From Octopus vulgaris (lineage: Eukaryota), in the NCBI GenBank assembly GCA_951406725.2, contig OX597823.1, positions 102,920,001-102,984,000 of the forward strand: DNA of 64,000 bases. The letters are read 5' to 3'. This document shows, piece by piece, positions 51,440 through 64,000 of this stretch; position 1 is the stretch's first letter; each line of letters starts with the position of its first letter. Below the pieces are notes generated by a model. It was not told the DNA's origin and ran no database searches. It was given only the letters and a program-made list of their open reading frames with translations. The position numbers and the translations under genes were made by a program.

Positions 51440-53269
51440 AAGTGGAGAGAATGAAAAAACAATATCTGTTATTTAATCCTAGTAATAAGAACAAACATTT
51501 CTTCTATCATTGCCTGTTCTATTTTCAGAAAACATAACTAAATTAGTTTTTAATTAAACCAAAGTTCTAGTAAGAGCAGCTAAACTAATTATACCAAATA
51601 TACTCATTGTGTTTCTACAATTCAAATTCCTGTTAGTTTAAACTTAGTTTCATATACTTAATTTTGTGTTAATATTTAATATGTTGTAGATAACAAAAGT
51701 GATATTGTCGTACATATACTTCACCCAGTTTTCAATAACTTTAATACCTACACATCTTCTGTAAAATACATTCATATATTATTATAAATAAACACAAAAT
51801 TAAACCTTAAAAACTTTAGTCTTCTCAAAAATAAGATAATCATTCCACAAACACTTAACTAAATTCATTTGTTGGAGTAACTGATAAACTAAATAACTTT
51901 ATTATCAAGGTTAATGGCAAAATATAAAATGAACCTAGCCCTTCATTTTACATTACACATATTCTCCCTTACAGCGTCATGTTTATCTATGTTTTTTGTT
52001 TCTATATAAATTATATGCCACTCTGTCACCAAACATCAATCTTTATTCTTGCTACTGTTTAGTCTAGTCACAGTGTTAACAAGGAGGAGACACATTAGAT
52101 TCACTTGGAATTGGTTCCATTTGATTTAACAAGAGAGTAGCCTGCTGATGTACCTGATATATAGACAATCAGCATTCGTATGTCATTAGCCTTTCACTAG
52201 TGATTCATTAAGATAACAAAGTAAATATTTAAAGGGGGGATTAGTTTGAGAAAAAAAAAAGCGACATTGAATGAAAATGGTTAGGTAATTTCTTACTCCC
52301 GAATTTTAAGGAACAATGGAAACATACTAAATAGATATCATTTCAAGAGGAAGCTGCAATTCTTGTCCATCAATCATGGAAATGAAGAAAAGAGGCAGGG
52401 AGAAAGAGAGAGAAAGTGAGAGGAGGAGGGGGAGAAGAGGGGTGATTATGTGATTGTTTAAGCACAAAAGGAAAGGAAAAAGCATACATGCACACACACA
52501 CACACACACACAAGCATGCATAGATGCACCCCCCACACATACACACATAATTATATATATATGTATAATAAATATATTGGGCTGGGGAGATCCAATAACA
52601 AAACATTAATACTGTATTCAATTTGGAGATCATATCTGGAAGTCCTTTTAAGACTACATGTCAAAAATTTTTAAGTAATTTTATTCCAATACCCCCACCC
52701 TCCCCATGTGGCTTTCCTTTTCATATTTTGCCTACCCTCTAGTTTCATCCATCTCTTCAAGTGAAGTAGCAAGTAGAAGTAGAAAAGAATAATGAGATAG
52801 GAGTCTCGTTGCTGTTATTTAACCACAAAGAACTTAAGAGGTTCAAATTTGGTTATAGCAAATAAAATAATAACGGGTAAAATATCTTTTTAATCTGTGG
52901 AAAAAAAAAAAGAAAGGAAGGAAAAAGGGGGGGAGTGTCTTTTCCTGGGGTTGTTTGTTTATCTGTTTTCTCTCTACATACACAGTTGGCATGGATAGCA
53001 AGTGGGAAGGAGAGGTTTAAAGTGATAAAAATATTCAACTGGTATTTTTTTTTTAATAAAATAATTATGACAAGTCAGTAGAAAATTTCTTTTTACACTT
53101 AATAAATTTGAATTAGTAATCAGGGTTTCGTCGTAATTTAATTTAAATAAAAATCTTTTTTTTTCCTTTTCAAGTTTAGAACAAATTAAGGTAGATGAAA
53201 TATATACATATTAACTACATCTGCACATTCAATACATCATGCATAAGTAAACCATTTATGCAACTATCG

Positions 53270-53280
53270 CATGTGTGTGT

Positions 53281-53320
<40 letters not shown>

Positions 53321-53528
53321 TTATGTGTGTGTGTGTGTGTGTGTGTGTACACACAAAATGCATACACTTGAACATAACAATCAAGTTTTATATATTTAGA
53401 AACTTTACACACCCACACATATATAAACTATTATGCATGGAAATACAAAATATATATAGCATACATACTACATGATAACACTTAGATATAAATTATATTT
53501 ATACAAGGGCATGTCAATGTAAACACAA

Positions 53529-53564
<36 letters not shown>

Positions 53565-53723
53565 ATCTACATGGTACAATTATGTTCATGTGTGTGTATG
53601 TATGTATATATAATTATACATACATAAAAACACACACACATAAATACACACACAGTACTTCCATATAGATACATTATAGTAATAGCAATACATACATTAA
53701 AACTATGTATGTATGCATGTATA

Positions 53724-53797
<74 letters not shown>

Positions 53798-54320
53798 CAT
53801 ACATACATATACATATATATATATATATATATCAACATAGAACAGTCATTTATGCATACATACGCTAGCCCATATATATATATTCATATAGACACAAGCA
53901 TACATAGATATACATTTACATACTTTTTTATTCTATACAAAACACACACACACACACACACACACACTAACAGAAATTTAGTCTTAAACTTCAGAGCTGG
54001 ATTTCTGTTTCATTACTTTGTCTTCATTATATTTTTCATTTGTGCTCATTTTTACAATTTCTATATCCAATGTAGAAAGATATCAATATTTTCTGGTAGA
54101 AATAAAAAAAAAAACAATAAAAACTTAAGGGTTGAAAGCTAATCAAAATAATAAGTATTGACATCTTTCTAGCGGTTTTATTAGCAGGGAGGAGGAGGAG
54201 GAGGAGGAAATATTCTTTTTATACACGTCTCTCTATTTTTCTGTATCATCTTTAAACTTTGAGTTTGTTTGTTTCCATTCTGCTGTGTTATTTATGTTAT
54301 GTGTGTGAAGTACACATACC

Positions 54321-54389
<69 letters not shown>

Positions 54390-54763
54390 ATGAGTGTATA
54401 TACATACTTAGACATGCACACACACATGTATATACATGCATACATATATGAATATACATACATATGTGTGTATATGCATACATACATATATATGTGTATA
54501 TACATACATATATACATGTATATATATACATACATATGTGTATACACATACATATACACATGTGTACATATAAACATATACACATGTGTACATACATACA
54601 TATACACATATGTGTATATAGATATATATATATATGTGTACATACACACATGTGTGTGTGTATATACATATATATATATACCTATGTGTATATACATACA
54701 TATATGTGTATATACATACATATATATGTATATACACACATTCATACATATATGTATACACAC

Positions 54764-54812
<49 letters not shown>

Positions 54813-54903
54813 ATTATGTACAAAATTTGTAAGAAGCAAGAAAGATTGACAAGAATTTGGCTAATCCTTTTATATGTAAACATGTATGTATATGTATGTT
54901 TAA

Positions 54904-54944
<41 letters not shown>

Positions 54945-55430
54945 AACACACATACACACATGCTTGCATATACACATTTTTCATTTGTTTTTCCTTTTTT
55001 AAATTCTCATCAACTAAAAGCAAAGAAAGACCTCAATTCCTTTCATTTGCCTCAGGGTCAGATAGAATAGAGAAGTGTCTGAATGGTTGTAGGGCATACA
55101 GTGGTTGGGGTGGGTGGGGGGAAGGTGTTTTTATATAGAAGGGGGTGGGTGACAGAAGGGGTGATGGGAGGGTACAAGTTGAGAGAGAAAGAGAGATGTA
55201 AGAAAAACAAAACAAACAAATATCAACCACAGTTAAAGGTTCTGGGGTCAGTTCTATTTAGACAGACATGTCACACAACCATTTTTGCCTATTTCCATGG
55301 TTACAGAATTAGCTGGAGTAGGGTTGAAAAGTCTAGCAGACTTGCTGAGCTCGTTTACTCTCTTCTTTCAATAATTAGAAGACACACGTTCAAATCAGCC
55401 ACGCTCTCAAAAAGAGTCATATCATATACA

Positions 55431-55492
<62 letters not shown>

Positions 55493-55553
55493 ACACACAC
55501 ACACACACACATATATATATACACATATACATATATATGTGTGTATACATATA

Positions 55554-55620
<67 letters not shown>

Positions 55621-55640
55621 GCATATATATATATGTAAGG
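53270..55640. repeat. Cluster of (TA)n/(CA)n/(TG)n microsatellites downstream of the TSC2 stop
   Basis: Tracts at about 53270-53352, 53530-53560, 53705-53832, 54320-54810, 54905-54960 and 55440-55635; these produce the spurious YIYI/VCVC ORFs. Confidence 0.92.
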
Positions 55641-55872
55641 TGAGGTACTGGTGAGACAAGGAAAAAAAACGAAAACACATCACCAGCATTTTGGCAACAA
55701 GAATGATTTCTAGATGGAAAATGGTAATGATGCAAATAAAAAGGAGAGGGTTGACAGATGTGAGAGACAGAGAGAGAAAGAGAGGAACAGAGAAAGAGAG
55801 AGAAAGGGAAAGGAAAAAAAAGACTGATGTAGAATGGAAGAAGGAGAAGTGTGCTATAGAAAGATTAAATCT

Positions 55873-56070
55873 TCAGGAATAGTCCGTGAAATCTTCGTGA
55901 AAAACTTTTGCTTCAGTCCGATCATAGCCAGCCCTCTCGTCGGCAGCTGTTTTCAATTTCTCCATTACTTTACTACGTAATCGTTTCATGTGTCTTAGAC
56001 GTTCCAACCAATTAGATGCAAAAGGATCTTTAGGGTTACTTTTCTGTCTCCAAAGGACCATAGATGCCAA
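55873..56070 (-). CDS. TSC2: Tuberin terminal coding exon
   Basis: Minus strand tttcag|. LASMVLWRQKSNPKDPFASNWLERLRHMKRLRSKV...EDFTDYS*, compare human [31 protein letters not shown]...EDFTEFV*. Confidence 0.94.
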   Translation of the reverse strand: MASMVLWRQKSNPKDPFASNWLERLRHMKRLRSKVMEKLKTAADERAGYDRTEAKVFHEDFTDYS

Positions 56071-56691
56071 CTGAAATAAAGTAATTGTATAGTAAATATA
56101 AATATTTTCTTATTTTTGTACATAAAAGTTAATAAAATTGTATACACATGTTTAAGCTTTTTGATATGAATCCACTAGACCACATCTGATCCATGATACA
56201 AAGACCAGTCATTTTAAAGATTCATTGTCTCAATGAAAACCAGTCATCTTAATTCTATTTCAAAAGCTTTGAAGTTGGTGGTCCAAACAACCACCAAATT
56301 ATGATGAAGTTAAGTTACTAAATGCTTCCGAATTGATTATTTTCAAAACCAATTGAAACACGCATGCAATATGATTCATTAGACGTATAGTCATGAAAGA
56401 GTGGAAGACTAAAAACAGAATGTATATAACCAATAATCGTATCATGACAAATGAATGTAGGATTATTTTCCAAGTTAATTCAAATTTCTGTAGTTTTTAT
56501 CGAATATCTGATGATATTTTGTAGATTGTATACTGAACAGAAATTTTAATAAATGAAGGAGATAGTCTAATCTATTGATTCCCAATCTGGGGTGCAAGGG
56601 AGCATTTCAGCACGTACCACAAAGAGATAAAGGATATATTTCATTAAAATTATATTCCAAAATAAAATTATTTACTAACTCTTATACTTAC

Positions 56692-56780
56692 ATTACAGTG
56701 GATTGCCATTAGCCGAACCAAAGCAGCTAATTTATCGTCGGAAATTGTCTTGGATTCTTGTCCCAAAGATTCAGCAATAT
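56692..56780 (-). CDS. TSC2: Tuberin exon
   Basis: Minus strand ttttag| ... |gtaagt. DIAESLGQESKTISDDKLAALVRLMAIHCN, compare human [20 protein letters not shown]; phase 1 to 0. Confidence 0.92.
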
Positions 56781-57207
56781 CTAAAAGAAAGAAAACAATA
56801 AGTGAAATGGAATTATTTCCTGAGAGGAACATGATAGTAAAATGAGAGTATTCATATAATTTTAAAAATTGTCTTTAATTAATTGTACTGGTGTCACATA
56901 AAAAATATCCAGTATGTTTATCTATAAAGTGGATGGTGCTAGGAAGGGCATCGAGAAACCATGTAGAAACCAGACAGTAGAGCTTGCTGCAGTCCTCTGG
57001 CTTCTGTCAAACCATTCAATGAGGGGAACCTTCAGGTGGCTAATTAGTTTGCTAGAAACAGCAGCCAGGTCTCACTCAATTTGCATCTTATACACATAAG
57101 AATAAATCTAAAAATTACCCAGTACTGTGCCCGAATAAATGACAAAATGTCACAGACGGAATACTTTATGATTAAAGTTTTTTGTTGAATCAGGACTGAT
57201 GTATAGT

Positions 57208-57436
57208 TAACCTTTTAGCATTTAAACTGGCCGTGTCAGGCTCAAATATTCTACTACTTTTATGTTCGAATCATCCAGATCTGGCCTCTCACACTTACCC
57301 TACAGTGTCATTCTAAAAATAAACAGACACACATCACCAAAATCTTGAAGTTACAAGATAATGCATGATTAAATTAAAACAATGTGAATAAATAAGCATT
57401 ACATTTGACAGAGTAATCTGAACGCTAATCAGTTAA
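57208..57436. mobile_element. Older TTAA-flanked MITE family (piggyBac-like)
   Basis: ttaacc(c/t)ttagcatttaaac...tacatttgacagagtaatctgaa..ttaa. Related copies at about 18690-18850, 25790-25995 (reverse), 26686-26885, 39470-39565, 40954-41160, 45120-45290 and 49530-49757. Confidence 0.75.
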
Positions 57437-57878
57437 CTGCAATAGCAAGTTAATGAACACACCTGTACACCATAACTTCATCTGCTTAAAACAGCGATAA
57501 AATCTCTCCATTTAGAAACAGAACACCAGGCAATCTAGTTCTAAATACTCTAAGTTTGATAAACAAAAATAAAAGAAAGAAACAGGCTTTGCACACAGAG
57601 AGTGCTTTTGATTATAAATCTGCTGGATCAGAGTTGACCTGGGGCTGTACAACAATCACCACCACATAACTAAATGTGCCTTTAGTGGAATCTATTCTGA
57701 TGTAAGTATTCAAGCCAGGTTTTCAATCTGATGTAACTCTCTCTCTCTTCCTCTCACCACTTTCAAATGCCCTGTAAACACCCACAAATACTGCTTTTCT
57801 ATTTGTGACTAAAACTTTGAAAAAAAACAAACAAAAAAACCCTTATAAATAGGTTTTGATTTAAAAATAACAACTGAA

Positions 57879-58231
57879 TACCTTATATGCTCACAGATAG
57901 GTTGCACTTTTTTTAACAAAAATTTCAATACAAATCGCGAGTGCAACCTGTCCACAAGGATCTGAAGCAGATGGCAAAGTAGTGGAGTTGATTTATCAAT
58001 TAGACTACTTTCATAAAGTCACTTCCACAAAAATGTCTTAATATTTGTAAGCAAAGTTTTGAAATAAAGGTGAATATTTGATAATATCTAACAAATATTA
58101 GTAACATTTACATTAAAAAAGAGCCATGTAACTCCCCAGATTATCATGCGACCTATCTGCAAGTCAACCGCAAATATCTACTTTGACAACCCCAAACTAA
58201 GGGTGTGACCTATCTACAAGTATATACAGTA
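57879..58231. mobile_element. Tc2/pogo-like MITE (decayed)
   Basis: TACCTTATATGCTCACAGATAGGTTGCAC / GTGTGACCTATCTACAAGTATATACAGTA inverted ends. A similar remnant lies at about 41890-42085. Confidence 0.55.
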
Positions 58232-58279
58232 GATAAAGTAAGTAAAAAAACAAATAAAAATAAAAATGTAGAATCTTAC

Positions 58280-58306
58280 CAGACGTTATAACGTCTTTGA
58301 CAGCAG
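58280..58306 (-). CDS. TSC2: Candidate 27-nt TSC2 microexon
   Basis: Minus strand ACTAAC branch point, about 30-nt pyrimidine tract, ttag|CTGCTGTCAAAGACGTTATAACGTCTG|gtaaga. Phase 1 to 1 with an open frame (AAVKDVITS). Confidence 0.72.
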
Positions 58307-58829
58307 CTAAGAGAAGAAAGAAAACAAGAAAAAAAAAAACAATTGTTAGTTAACTTATGACATTTACATTAGATATTAAAATAAAGCTATATTCTATAGA
58401 GCACACACATTACATATATATTAAAATAAAGGAGATATTTACAGTCAGAATTGAAAATTGTTGGACAGAAATTACTGAAATTGCAACAGAAAATAATCCA
58501 GAAAGTCATTTATTTTTATCATTTTTATCATTTATGGAATTTTACTTGTGTAGCAAGCATCTTGATCCAAGAATGGGTGTGGAAACTGAAGCAATTACAT
58601 CAGCAAAACCATTTTCAGTAATTTTATAAAACACAAAAATTGTTAGACTCTTTTTCCAGTTATTTTTTCGAGATGTCAAAATTTTTGTTGCGCAAATGGA
58701 ATAGAACAATGTCAGTAAGGGTGCAGCAGTAGAACATGTAAAAACCAAACGGAAAATAAAACTGGGTTTGATGGAATTATCTAATACTGTCCCCTTGAAA
58801 TTATTGGTCTCAGGCAGAATCTGAAACCT

Positions 58830-59410
58830 TTATTATTGAGTGAGAGAGCAGCACATGCTATTGAAGTGACACAGGGGTACAAATATACGAAGCCCAATAT
58901 ACCCATCATGACTACCTGTCTGATAAGGGAACACCAGGCACATGCATCACAGCCATACATGTGCGATGTGGTGATCTCATATTAAGATAAACAGCACATG
59001 ACCTTGTAGGTGAGGCTCAGCTAGAATTTTCTACAGGTCAAGTAGCCCATCCTGCTCAAAAGGTCCCTGAATAAGGTTTGTTTAAGGATGTTGAACAAAA
59101 TACCTATGTTTCCAGATGTGAATTATTCAAATCCAAAGAATTCCTCTCAGCATATGGTTATGATGCTCCCCAACTTCTTCTGCTCATGATCAGAGATGCA
59201 TATATTGTCAGCCACCAAGGGACATGCTCAACTGGTTTAGGTCAAGCAACTGACAAGAAAATCTGTGATATTGAGCAGAATATTTGCTGTAGCCCATCTT
59301 TTATACCAAGACAAAACAAAGTACATGATAACACCTCTAATCAATTAAGATCAAAAGCCATGAGAGACACTGCTTGGTACTGCATCAGGGCATATTATTA
59401 TTATTATTAC
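58830..59410. repeat. Interspersed repeat of uncertain class, flanked by (TTA)n
   Basis: GC-richer block bounded by TTA repeats, probably a retroelement tail; single copy in the window. Confidence 0.4.
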
Positions 59411-59836
59411 TATTTGGGGTCAATAAAGTAAGTGCCAATTGAGCACTGGGGTTGATGTAATCGACTAAACCCCTCCTGTTAAATATCAGGCTTTGTGTCT
59501 ATATTAGAATTATTATTGAGAGTAATTCTGTTTTAGAATTCTCTTTCCCCTAAAATTATTGGCCTCTTGCCAAAATTTGAAACCATTATTATTATTATTA
59601 AGGTAGCAAGCTGGCAGGATTGTTAAGCATGATGAAAGAAATGTTGCCAAGCATTTTGGCCATCTTTATGTTTCGAGTTCATTCTGCCATGGTTGACTGC
59701 CTTTCAGCACCAGTTGAGCACTGGGGCCATGTAATCAATTTATTTTAAAATCCTCTGCATTCACTGTGACTATGGGTTCAAGCTTAGCCAAGGAGGTTAT
59801 GAATACAGTGCATTAAGATTTATTAAAGCTCTACAG

Positions 59837-60402
59837 CAGAGGTTCTCAAACTTTCTGCCCCCCACCCATGGCCACATAATACCCTCAGCGCCCCCACCCC
59901 TATTTTTATGTATAAATAAATATTTTATATTTTACTAATTTATATATATTATGAATCATTTGATATTTAATATAATATGATATAATTTGTATATTATATG
60001 GCTTCTGTGCAGGTGGCACATAAAAAGCACCATTTGAGCATGGCCGTTGCCAGTACTGCCTGACTGGCCCCCATGCCAGTGGCACGTAAAAGCACCCACT
60101 ACACTCTCAGAGTGGTTGGCGTTAGGAAGGGCATCCAACTGTAGAAACTTTGCCAGATCAGATTGGAGCCTGGTGCAGCCATCTGGTTTGCCAGCCCTCA
60201 GTCAAATCGTCCAACCCATGCTAGCATGGAAAGCAGACGTTAAACGATGATGATAATGATGATAATAATATTATTATAAATTCATAGCATCCCCCAATCC
60301 ACTACCTTCTTCCCAATGCTTCCTTTTTCTCTACCTCCCCCCCCCCTCCACTGCCCCCTTAAGCACCAGCGCCTACCTGGAGAGGTGGCAGCACTCACTT
60401 TG
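59837..60402. mobile_element. hAT-type MITE with a nested RTE tail
   Basis: Left end CAGAGGTTCTCAAAC; 8-bp TSD CTCTACAG at 59829-59836 and 60403-60410; right TIR partly deleted; RTE 3' fragment at about 60000-60260 inside. Confidence 0.72.
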
Positions 60403-60885
60403 CTCTACAGGATAGTCATACCATAACAGAATAATAGATAGATATGCCAGTTAAAACTAACAGATAACAATCCTCAAGGTAGAAGAGTGACAGGTGTATA
60501 GCAAAGGATATAACTTTCAAAGACATTCTCACCTCCGACTATATCTTCATTACAGCACAAGTGAACTTTTACATTAACTCAAAAATCATTTGTTTCAGAA
60601 AAAATATACATAAAATTACATATTCTATAGTTCTTTATAAACCTCAAACCATCTTACAGTTTCCAAAATAACCATGGAATTTCCACAGTTATTCACTATT
60701 ACTGCTATTTACCACTGCTAGTTATTCCTATTACTGCTAAGGCTACCAATGGTTAAGTTGAAAAAGTACAAGCAAACCATAATTTATAAAAGAATATAAT
60801 GATATAAATCTGGTATGATTCATTTGAGAAATAAAGAAGTCAAATTTAACAAGAATAATCAAAGAGAAAGCCATGAAATTCTTAC

Positions 60886-60973
60886 CATTTTGGTTTTCTC
60901 TGGTAACTATTTTGACTGCATTAGTGTTACAGTCCAACGGTTCTATGATAATGTTTACAAAATTGAATTCACT
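60886..60973 (-). CDS. TSC2: Tuberin exon (Rap-GAP domain; gene continues beyond the right edge)
   Basis: Minus strand ttgcag| ... |gtaaga. SEFNFVNIIIEPLDCNTNAVKIVTRENQN, compare human TSC2 [26 protein letters not shown]; phase 0 to 1. Confidence 0.9.
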
Positions 60974-61026
60974 CTGCAATGAAAGAGCAATTAAAAATAA
61001 AACTCTGCAAATGTATGACTATATTC

Positions 61027-61071
<45 letters not shown>

Positions 61072-61277
61072 AGAAATAATATTTGTCCCTTTTTATGGAA
61101 ACAAAAGTGTATATAGGACTGCAAAAAAAAAGTGCTCAAATGTTAATGAGACAAAGATAAGGAAACATTGGTCATAGAACAAACATTAAATTCGAGACAA
61201 CGACTTTATATATAACACCATACCTCAAACATTTAATCATATACAAATATCACCGTGGTTCTTAAACATATAAAAAT

Positions 61278-61674
61278 CTAGAAAAGCACTCGGAAAGCAC
61301 AGACCTCTGCCAAGCAGTTCATTTTAAGATAGATACACGAGTAAAATTACTAATAGAGAAACGAAAATAAACTTTGGAAACAGCGATGCCACCATAGGTT
61401 ACGTGGAAATAATGAACGTGTTTTCAAGGGAGATAATCAAAGAACGTAACATTGTAATACTTCATGTAAAGTAAATATAACAAATGAAAAATTCTTCAAG
61501 AAACCATAAAAATTCCTGGATCACTATCAAAATTTCATCATCTGTTCCTTGTGTCATTACCAACTTTTCCTGCAAGTTTCATCAAATACTATTCACAACT
61601 TTTTGAGTTATTTTGCACACAGATGGACAAACCAATGCTGATGAAAACATAACCTCCTTCTTTGGCGGAGGTAA
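61278..61674 (+). mobile_element. Helentron-associated (HINE/DINE-like) element
   Basis: Subterminal inverted repeats ACCTCTGCCAA / TTGGCGGAGGT and a 3' hairpin ACCTCC-TTCTTTGGC-GGAGGT. Confidence 0.65.
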
Positions 61675-62004
61675 AAATATACATACACATAAAAACACAG
61701 AACGTAAAAATTTATATGGGAATAAAATACAAATAGAACAGCCTATCAAAAAGGTAAATATAAACGACTAAAAATTCATTAAAATTCCTAAGTGTGCCAT
61801 ACTACCAAAAAACTAATAAACTAAGATAAAGTAAAATATCAAATGACTAAAAATGTTTTATCAAGCAATTAAGAATAGTTTAAAAAGGTTTTTTTACTCC
61901 CCTCACACAAAGTATGTCTAAAGTTCAATTTTTATAACCATGGTAGGTTAGAGTTCATGAGCAAACAGACTTTCACAAAGGCAAATGTAGTGGTGCAACA
62001 ATAC

Positions 62005-64000
62005 TGTAGACAGGGCCATTAAAGCAAAGAAACAGACCTGGAAGAGTAGGGGCAACAGGGAAGGGAAGCTAGGAGACAGGTATACCTAGCCAAAGGAGAA
62101 GTAGAGAAGAAGAAGTCTGCCAATGTTCAGTGTCATGAGGACAAAAAAACTGAATTATTTCAGCTTGCAAGACAGTGCGTGAGAGAAAACTGTGATGTCA
62201 TAGGAGAGAAATGTGCTTGTATGGATGATGGTGCACCTGCTTTTACTGAATCTGCAAAGAAAGGGGCTTAGAGATACCATTATGAAAGACCGCTGAATGT
62301 GGAGAATGAATGGGAGGAGGAGAGCCTGCCGAATCCTGGTAGATAAAGCAATTAAGGATATGAAGACAGGGAAAGCTTCCGGCCCATCAGGAATCACTGC
62401 TGAGAGGCTTAAAATATCTGGCAGTTTGGGTTATGGTCAAGTCACCTGTATTGTAAATCAGGTGGTTCATGAAGGAGTCTGGTGTAGTAGCACCATAGTC
62501 AACTGCTACAAAGATAAAGATGATGCCTTAGACAGAAATAATTACAGAAGTGTCGAATTGTTCGATCAGGTGATGAAAGTTGCAGAGAGAATGCAGTTTG
62601 GTTTTGTGTCAGGTAGAAGCACCATTGATGCTATATTTCTGGTAAGGCAACTGCAGGAGAAATACCTAGCTAAGGATAAACCTCTGTACTTGGCTTTTGT
62701 TGACTTGGAGAAAGCTTTTGACAGAGACCCCACTGATACCTTATCTGGTGCTCAATGTGGAAACTAAGGATAGACGAGAGGTTGGTGAGAGCTTCATACA
62801 GGGATGCTACCTGTAAGGTGAAAGTGGGCAATGAGTACAGTGAAGAATTCAGGGTACAAATAGGGGTTCACCAAGGATCGGTGCTTAGCCCCCTTTTGTT
62901 CATCATAGTCCTCCAGGCAATAACAGAAGAATTCAAAACAGGTTGCTCCTGGGAGCTCCTCTATGCTGATGAGCTTGTTCTTATAGCTGAATCCCTACCA
63001 GAACTACAGAAGAAGATCCAGGTATGGAAGCAAGCTCTAGAATTAAAGGGCCTTAGAGTTAACCAAGCAAAAACCAAAGTCATAGTAAGTAAGAAGGCAG
63101 ACAAATCACATATCCCTTCAGGTAGACGGTCCTGTTCAATCTGTAGAAAGGGTGTAGGTAGAAACTCCATAAGATGCAGCCAACCTAATCTTTGGATGCA
63201 TAAAAGGTGTAGCAACATCAGAGGAAGGTTGACAGGGAGACTAACTTTTATATGTGGAAGGTGCACAGGGGCAATAAACACTGAAAATGTGCAGAAAATA
63301 GACTCCATCAACTAAAGGTAGTAGGTAGTTTCTGTTATCTAGGCGACCAAGTTAGTAGTGGAGGTGGATGCTCTAAGAGTGTAGCTGTGAGAATAATTCA
63401 GAGAGCTCCTACCCCTGCTGGCAACAAAGGGCCTCTCTCTCAGAATGAAAGGCAGATTGTTTGATGCCTGTGTGCGAACAGCCATGCAGCATGACAGTGA
63501 AACATGGGCTATGACAGCCAAGGACATGCGTAGGCTTGAGAGAAATGAAGCCAGTATGCTTTGCTGGATGTGCAATGTCAGTGTGCATGTTTGACAAAGT
63601 GCAAGCATCTTGAGAGAAAAGTTAGGCATAAGAGGAATCAGATGTGGTATGCAAGAGAGACGACTGCACTGGTATGGTCATATGATGCGTATGGACGAGG
63701 ACAGCTGTGTAAAGAAGTACTGATCTCTAACTGTGGAAGGAACCTGTGGTAGAGGTAGACCCGGGAAAACATGGGACAAGGTGGTGAAGCATGATCTTTG
63801 AACTTTAAGCCTTAAAGAGGCAATGACTGGTGACTGAGATCTTTGGCAATGTGCTGTGCTTGAGAGGACTTGTCAAGCCAAGAGCATCAATGCTGGTGGC
63901 ACATAAAGAACATCTTTTGAATGTTGGGCCTCCTGGAGGCAAAGTGACTGAGTTCCTTTCAAGCATTGAGCTTCATAGAGGCAAAGTGGCTAAGTTCCTT
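62005..64000 (+). mobile_element. 5'-truncated, inactivated RTE-clade LINE (reverse transcriptase pseudogene) in a TSC2 intron
   Basis: MKTGKASGPSGI, QFGFVSGRSTIDAIF, YLAFVDLEKAFDR, GVHQGSVLSPLLF, LLYADEL (mutated YADD) and RRLHWYGH. Frameshifts and stops present. Confidence 0.93.

Noticed and set aside
48400-52250. A third protein-coding gene between YTHDC1 and TSC2
   Set aside because: No exon chain with consistent phases or recognisable protein similarity was found by eye.

Overview
AT-rich animal genomic DNA with spliceosomal introns and abundant microsatellites. The SINE, MITE and RTE repertoire looks cephalopod, probably Octopus (inferred, not searched). The window holds the 3' parts of two convergent genes. 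(1) + strand: YTHDC1 (nuclear m6A reader), 11 coding exons from 813 to the stop at 32144, with consistent splice phases, a complete YTH domain and the R/D/P-rich tail. (2) - strand: the last four exons of TSC2 (tuberin, Rap-GAP C-terminus), 60973 down to the stop at 55873, including a 27-nt microexon. Introns and intergenic DNA contain a decayed Gypsy LTR element, piggyBac deletion derivatives and MITEs, Helitron/Helentron-type elements, hAT and Tc1/mariner MITEs, tRNA-SINEs and RTE LINE fragments. The main candidates for follow-up are: a type I hammerhead ribozyme inside a terminally redundant, partly inverted Penelope/retrozyme-like unit (about 45.8-46.6 kb); a possible poison 5' splice-site switch right after the YTH domain; a 157-nt near-perfect intronic hairpin; and several unannotated in-frame splice options. 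All homology calls are from recognition of the sequence, without database searches.
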